Source: Octopus vulgaris (taxonomy: Eukaryota). From it: a stretch of DNA of 64,000 nucleotides. The notes under the pieces were generated by a model that searched no databases, was not told the DNA's origin, and was given only the letters and a program-made list of their open reading frames with translations. Below, in pieces: positions 56,033 to 64,000 of the stretch (within the stretch, counting starts at the first letter, position 1; each line of letters starts with the position of its first letter). The stretch lies in assembly GCA_951406725.2 (NCBI GenBank), contig OX597819.1:103106001-103170000 (forward strand), given 5' to 3'. The translations under genes were made by a program, and so were the position numbers.

Positions 56033-58499
56033 ATAATATACATATATACACCCATATATATAGAGAGAGATACTCATGCATCTATATACATATGTATACT
56101 TAATAAATATCATACTTGTACATACATACATATATGCAATTATACATACATATATATATATATATATATATGCAGATTTATGCATATACCTATTTATAGA
56201 AGTATATAGACATATACACATACATATTTTTACTATACAATTTGTATTGATGCTATGGCCTCACTGGTTCACCGTCATAGGATTCAATGTCTATTTTCTT
56301 TATTTTTCTCTTTCACTTCCAAATCCTTCTCTGGATTAGTTCAATCAAATTTTTGGATAATGATTCTTAATGTGATACAGTTTTATTTGGTGTCTTACAT
56401 GTACCAACGTCATCTTTTTAAGATACCCCAACTGGTCCTAGTAGATCTCCGATTTAGAGGCGGAGAAGTTATTGAAATGCGCTCAGCACTTGAACCGTAA
56501 TCTTTTCGAGTATTTTAATCCTTACTTTGGAGACAGCTGGATTCAGTACAGTGCAGTGGCACCCAATTAGGCCTTTCGTATATCTTATAATCCCATCGTT
56601 GAGGCCTTGTCCTTTCAAATATGTATCACCACACATCTTTCATGCTTCTACTCAAGGAAGTAGTAGTGCCTCAGTCTTTACAATCTCTCCCAGTAACATA
56701 TTTGCTTCCCTGGGGTAATCTTCCTCGTTCGATCAACCTGGGTTCGTTGTTAGTTAAGTGCAATGCGGTGACCATAATTAGGAGCAGTGGTCCATATATG
56801 TAAGTATATATATATGTAGGGGAAAATTTTTTTGGGGGGGGGATGCGTGCGTAAATTTCCCTCTTTTTATATCTCGGTTAACTTTAAAAGAGGAGTGACA
56901 CACAGATATTGGTCTCATGGTTATAAGAAATAAGATGAGGTCGTGAATTCTGGAACATTTTTATTTATAGAAAACCCATATCATTGCCAGCCAGGGCCTA
57001 AACAACAATTAGCATGCCAATAATACTAACACCACACCTGCCGGTACTAACAAAATCTATCAAAACTAACTCAAATAAAATTACCTAAAAAAAAATTCCC
57101 TTGCCACAATCACGACGATCTCCAACTCCGACGGCAAAAGCAGGAAGCACCACAACCACTACAAATTATATGAACACAACCACAGAGGAAGCAACACCAT
57201 CGCCAACACAGACGAGCGCTGCGGAAACGCAACTCAACTTTCTATATAACAGCAATCCATTATTTTTCCTCCTCTCTTGATTAAATTCTTGGAATTCTAA
57301 TTTATACACACTAATTCCGAAACTAGGGTCAGCTTGAACCTTCAATCTCTCCCCATAAGCAATCTCCACGAACTAGTCTTACCCGCTAGAATTCGTCATA
57401 TCTCACACTACTTCTAAATGTCTCTTGGAATCCCCTCCAACCCGCCAACTTTAACTGAGCTCCAGTTGCTGTTGCTCACTTCATTCGGGGATGTGCTAAG
57501 CGAACTCATCTTCAACCGCACCATTGCCGATATATCATCACCATCGCCACTTTCATCGACACTCCACCATTGTACTACTACTGCCGTTACTGCCATCGTT
57601 ATGACCAACTAAAAACACCCCTCCGTCTATGTTTAATTCTCGATATTACTTCCAGCACTACCATGATAAAACGTCCACCAAAACTAAATCCAACCTCAGA
57701 TTCTATCAAATGAAACTATCGCCTCCAACAACATCAACCAGATCACCACCGCCGCCATCATCATACAACAGTAACAGCCACACCGCCACCAACACCAACA
57801 CCGCAACAGTAACAACTACAGCACCACCACTGCCATCACCAGCACCATCACTACATCACCACAACACTACCTCCGTCATCATTATAGAAGTATCAACCAC
57901 ACACAACCGGGACCAGCACCATCACTAACAGAAACATCAACCACAGCACCACCACAATCTCTAAACCAATAACAACCACCGCTACTACAACAGCAACAAC
58001 CACTAGACTAGCATAAACACAAAAGGCACCACAACCACTGGCTACACTGCCAACACAAGCATCACCACAACTTCAAACTAACCCCTGTCTCTCTACCATT
58101 CATTATTACCAAGACTACTACCACCAGCTCCCCCACAACCACCTCACTTCCACAACCGTTAGCACCACTGCCCAGCCACAAGAAACAATAATTTTTCATT
58201 AATATACGAAGCTGCCAAACCAAGATTGTTCCGCCTGTTTACAGTGGTGCCAGTCAAAAGAAATATCGCTTTCTCTAATGACTTCGCCCAAACATGGCTG
58301 CCCTATAACATTTCTTCCTCTGGAAACAAAAGAGTTACAGCTATAGTTGTTCCAGGTGTAATAATAATATATTGGTCAACTTGACAATTTCATCTGATTT
58401 CTTATTCCAATTCTCATACACTCGCTTTCTTTCTCACTTTCTCACTCTCTCACTCTCTCTCTGTCTTTCTTCCTCTCTCCCCAGTCCTATCTGTTATAG

Positions 58500-58985
<486 letters not shown>

Positions 58986-59726
58986 ACATAATTGCTTGCG
59001 TCTTTCGCTCTTTTATCACATACTATCTATTTCGTTCACTCACTCTATCTCCCTACCCACCACCACACTCTCCATGTCTCTCTTCTCCATCTCTTTCTCC
59101 TTCTTTCTTCTCGCTATGGCCACCATAACTGTATGTTTTTCTCTTTATTCTTTCACTTTAATCACAACACTTGTCTTTCTCTCACCTCACCCGATCAATA
59201 TGATGAAGAACGGCGGTCTATCTAAATTGAACCTAACTCTCTTATAATCTAAAGAAACAAACAAATTAGAAAAGAAAGAAGAACGAGAAAAATGTTACAA
59301 GACAAGACAAGCAAGAGTAACGAATGAAACAAAATAGCCAGCCTCTATCTTGCCACAACCGACAACCCGAAAGAAATTTTTATCGTATTCACGCCAACGT
59401 GCTGGGGTCATTTACTAAAGTGAAATGAAATATAAGCGTGAGCCTATAAACGTCCGATTCGACACCATCACTGGCCCCTGCAGGTTTGATCGGACGGTGT
59501 CGCTGCCACCGACACCACTATATGGGACCATAGGCAGAATCAATTTAAAGTGTATCCAAAATTACTCTCATCATCATCATCATCTTTATATTTGTCATCG
59601 TCGTCGTCGAAGTCGTCGTCGTCGTGGTCATCATCGTCATCATCACCATCAACATTTTTATCCTCATAACTGTCCCCGGATTTGTTTTTTTATGTGTGTG
59701 TTTTCCTTTTCACTTTCGTCCTTTTC

Positions 59727-59758
<32 letters not shown>

Positions 59759-60284
59759 CTCTATAACCATTCTCTTAGCTTTTCCTCATTACCACTTGTA
59801 ACATCATCATCATCACCAGAATCTTCGTGCTTGTCATCATCATCATCATCATCACCATCAACATCAGCATCGTCATCATCATCATCATCATCGTCATCGT
59901 CGTCATCATCATCAATAGCCATCATCAACTACATCAGAGCCATCACAAGCACCACTATCATCACCATCGTCACTATCATCATTGACTTGACTTCATTTAT
60001 CATTGTCATTGTCATCATACTCACCCACCATAATCTTTATTTCTATCATCACTACCATTACTATCACGCCGAATAACGTCACATTAACAAGTAACAACAA
60101 CATTCTCCAAATATACAAAAATATGATATACTACTACCTAAACTACTACTCACACTGTTATCGGTGACTGTATCACAACCACCGATGATACGACTACCAA
60201 CGTCAACAGCACTCAGCACAAACTGTATCCCGCACTAATTACTGTAACACTAATTTCAACAATAATTAATAAATTTAATCTTTA

Positions 60285-60485
60285 CATGTGTCTGTGTTTG
60301 GCCCTCTACCATCGCTTGACAACCGATGCTGGTGTGCTTACGTCCCCGTCACCTAGCGGTTCTACAAAAAGACCGATAGGTACTAGGCTTACAAATAATA
60401 AGTCCTGGGGTCGGTTGGTTCGACTTAAAGGCGATGCTCCAGCATGGCCGCTGACGAATGACTGAAACAAATGAAAGAAAAGAAT
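60285..60485 (+). mobile_element. Family B SINE 3' half
   Basis: CATCGCTTGACAACCGATGCTGGTGTG..GAATGACTGAAACAAATGAAAG. Confidence 0.85.
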
Positions 60486-60606
60486 ACATTCGAATGACCA
60501 ACAATTCTATTTCTCCTTAAATGAATCACAACCTAGACAATATCTTTCACATGTACCACATTTACGATTTCTATATCTTAAATGATAACAACTAGTGCAA
60601 TATTGA

Positions 60607-60818
60607 TTCCAATTTTTTGCACAAGGCCAGCAATTTCTGGAGAGGATCAAGTCGATTACATCGACACCACTGCTCAAATGGTACTTATTTTATCGACCCC
60701 GAAAGGATGAAAGGCATATTCGACCTCTGCAGAATTTAAACTCAGAATATGAAGATGAACGAAATACCGATAAGCATTTCGCCCGACGGGCTATCGATTC
60801 TGCCAGCTCGCCGCCCTA
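60607..60818 (-). mobile_element. Family A SINE
   Basis: Full match with A-type tail. Confidence 0.85.
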
Positions 60819-61399
60819 ATTAACCAGTAAAATATTGATGACTATCGCATGTTATAAAACCCCAAAGATGACCACAGCAACAACTATCCTATGATGGACC
60901 ATCATAACCACCACCACTCCAATCTCTGCCCTGTGTTACACCAGCACAATGAACACTTCTCTAACTTCTACACGTTGTTTGACGATTACAATGTTAACCA
61001 TGAGAGTCACTCAATCAGCTAATCTTAGAACTAACTTTTAAGAAAAAACTTTTAAGAAAAAGGAAATACGTATTACATAATGTAGTCATATATGTTCAAA
61101 AGGATGGAATATTCATAGGTGGAGTGATTTTGATCATTGGTTCTCTCGGTCAGCGCTGATCTTAGGATCTACCGTATCGTAAACCACAACAATCACTGCC
61201 ATTACTATTACCACTACTTCCATAGAACACAAAAAACTCAATTACAACTAATACTATTGTCACAAAAAACTACTTTAATCAGCCTACTGCAACTACTACC
61301 ATATCATACCAGCACCACAACTACAGTCGACACTAATTTCTCGGTTGCTTCTAATTTATGTCTGATCAACAATTTCGTTGACGATCTCTCTTCAATTAC

Positions 61400-61790
61400 T
61401 CTTTTTATCTTTTACTTATTTCAGTCATTTGACTGTGGCCATGCTGGAGTATCGCCTTTATTTATTCTTTGTAATTCTAGTACTTATTCTATCGATTTCT
61501 TTTTGCCGAACCGCTAAGTTACGGGGACGTAAACACACCAGCATCGGTTGTCAAGCGATGTTGGGGGGACAAACACAGACACACAAACATATCACACACA
61601 CACACACACATATATATATACATATACACGACGGGCTTCTTTCAGTTTCCGTCGACCAAATCTACTCGAAGCTTTGGTCGGCCTGAGGCTATAATAGAAG
61701 AAACTTGGCCAAGGTGCCACGCAGTGGGACTGAACCCGAAACCATGTGGTTTGTAAGCAAGCTGATTAACACACAGCCACTCCTACGCCT
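61400..61790 (-). mobile_element. Family B SINE, full length
   Basis: Full match. Confidence 0.9.
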
Positions 61791-62004
61791 ATTCAATTTT
61801 GGTGATTGAACTTTTTATAAAACAATACTGACTGATGCCATTCTCTCTACTATTAAGAGTACCACTTCTATCACCAAAATCATCACCAACCCGTTCTTAC
61901 CACAATCATTATTGAATACCATGACTGCGCGTACTTGAAACCAGCACCTCCTTATCAAGTATATACATACGTATGGGTGTTTGTGTGTGTGTGTGGGGGG
62001 GATC

Positions 62005-62325
62005 TTGTTTTCAGTCATTGGATAGCAGCTATTCTGGTGCACCAACCGGAAGAGTTTAGTCGAACATACCGACACGAAAACTTTTAAGCCTGGTCTTTAT
62101 TCTATCTCTTTTGCTGAACCTAGTTACGGAGGCAAAAACAAGCACCGGTTGCTAAGCGGTGATAGAGGTCACACACACACAGAGACATACTCACACACAC
62201 ACACACACACACACACACAAATACACAACACGTACGTACACACACACACACACATGTGTGTTTGTGTTTGTATGTGTGTGTGTGTCTGTGTGTATTCACG
62301 CAACGGGCTTCTGCCAAATCCACAA
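62005..62325 (-). mobile_element. Degenerate family B SINE
   Basis: TTTCAGTCATT..TTTGCTGAACCTAGTTACGG..ACGGGCTTCT. Confidence 0.65.
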
Positions 62326-62553
62326 AGCGCTTTACATCGTTTTAGCTTCGAATGATGTCACCAAGCTGGGTAGATGCGCAATTTAGCATTGCCTCTGATC
62401 AGAAAGCTAGTCCGTTGCAGGGTTATCGTCTGTTACAGGGTTAACTACTTACTGCACAGTAGACAGGAGCAACTTGAAACGAAGTATTTTGACATTTCTC
62501 TCTTTTTCTCTCTCCCCCTCCCTCCCTCTCTCTCTCTATATATATATATATAT

Positions 62554-62741
62554 GGGTTGGCCAGATTGGAGTAATCTCAAGATTAATCAGCCGAGATTGC
62601 GAGGATGTTCTTGTTCTTGACTGAGGATAGAAAGCTTCGAATGACCCGTCCTTGTTTTTTTGTATCGTCTATCTGGATTTTTTGTTGTTCCTTTTTGTAT
62701 CACTTAGTTGTCCGGATGTTTTGCGTTCTTGTCTCATTTTG

Positions 62742-62745
<4 letters not shown>
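62554..62745 (+). mobile_element. Interspersed repeat, probable Penelope-like terminus, between (TA)n and (CA)n
   Basis: Reverse-complement homolog of 24630-24791. Confidence 0.5.
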
Positions 62746-62817
<72 letters not shown>

Positions 62818-62864
62818 CAAACAGAGTCGTTTGTGCCTCGCCCAGAATGACCAACGACTTTCCG

Positions 62865-62995
62865 CACTGAGGCTAACTCTAACTTTCTTTGTTTCAGGAT
62901 CGATATAATTAAGTACCAGTTGAATACTTTGGTCGCTGTGATCTACTATACCCTATCCCCAAAATTGCTGGCCTGGTTACAAAATTAAAAATAAT
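62865..62995 (+). mobile_element. Degenerate family A SINE 3' part
   Basis: TCGATATAATTAAGTACCAGTTG..CCCCAAAATTGCTGGCCT. Confidence 0.55.
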
Positions 62996-63057
62996 TATTA
63001 GTAGGACGCTGCCTGAAATGTACATAGATACACAAGTATAATTTGATAAATACATTT

Positions 63058-63102
<45 letters not shown>

Positions 63103-63204
63103 TGTGTGTGTGTGTGTGTGTGTTTCTATTCAGATATAATTCCATGAGAAATACCAACGTAACTAAAGCTAGCAAGTCCAACTCCAATAAAGCCGATACG
63201 TCAC

Positions 63205-63572
63205 CTTCTTATTCTCCCTCTCTCTCTCTCATTCTCTCTCTCTCTCTTTCTCTTTTCCTTATACGACACTTCTCACTCTTATTCTTCTAGGCAGTCGTTC
63301 TCTTTGCCACTCAAACATTCTCTTTTCTTCCCTCTCTCTATCTTTCTCTGCATCTCACGCTTCCATCTCTTTATCTCTCCCTCGATCTCTCTTGATCCCT
63401 CTCTCTCTATCACTCGCTCCATCTCACACTCTCTCTCTCTCTTTCCCTCTCTCGCTCTCTCTCTATCTCACTCTCTCTTTCCCTCTCTCTTTCCCTCTCT
63501 CTTTCCCTCTCTCTCCTACACTTACAGAACAACTTTTCCCACTTTCTAAACACGGACACACTCGCACCCTCG

Positions 63573-63610
<38 letters not shown>

Positions 63611-63730
63611 CTGTCTTCCTCCATCTATCTTTCCCTCTTCCTCCCTCTCTTCATCTCTCTCCCTCCATCTCTCTCACTCACTCACTCACTCCCTCTCTCT
63701 CCTCCTCCCTCCCCCTATCCCTCCCCACAG
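63205..63730. repeat. Long polypyrimidine (CT)n-rich low-complexity tract
   Basis: Direct reading. Includes (CTCTCTCTTTCC)x3. Confidence 0.9.
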
Positions 63731-64000
63731 TTGCACTCTACCTCTCCTATCGCAATGACACCCCTGCTACACAAAAAATTCCTCCCTCACTACTCATACC
63801 TTCCACCACGCACACACACACACACACACATCCCACATATCTCCGCCTGTATTTCTCCCCACCCACACCTCAACCGTTGATAAATAGATAACATCCATCA
63901 AATCTTCGGCAGTAAATAGCGAAAGCAACTAACTGGTTAGTATAAGAAGGACGAGGGCGGTTTGTGTGTCTATGTGTGTGTATGTGTGTGGGTGACTGTA

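Overview
AT-rich eukaryotic non-coding DNA, probably intergenic or part of a large intron. It is almost certainly from an octopus or other coleoid cephalopod, inferred from the recognisable tRNA-derived SINE families and the extreme microsatellite load. No intact protein-coding gene could be supported, and nearly all listed ORFs are translations of simple repeats. The window holds about 35 SINE copies of four families and decayed LINE 3' ends (R4/Dong-type restriction-like endonuclease, L1/Tx1-type zinc knuckle). It also holds an internally deleted Tc1/mariner element, a non-autonomous Helitron, hAT and possible pogo relics, and a U6 snRNA pseudogene abutting a SINE head. The most interesting signals are: (i) several (TA)n-associated fold-back repeats, most carrying minimal type-I hammerhead-ribozyme-like motifs typical of Penelope-like element termini; (ii) SINE concatemers with a recurrent identical junction; (iii) a U6-SINE chimera-like arrangement; (iv) a pre-miRNA-like hairpin in a motif-rich unique island. 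All family names come from visual recognition, not database searches, and element boundaries are approximate.
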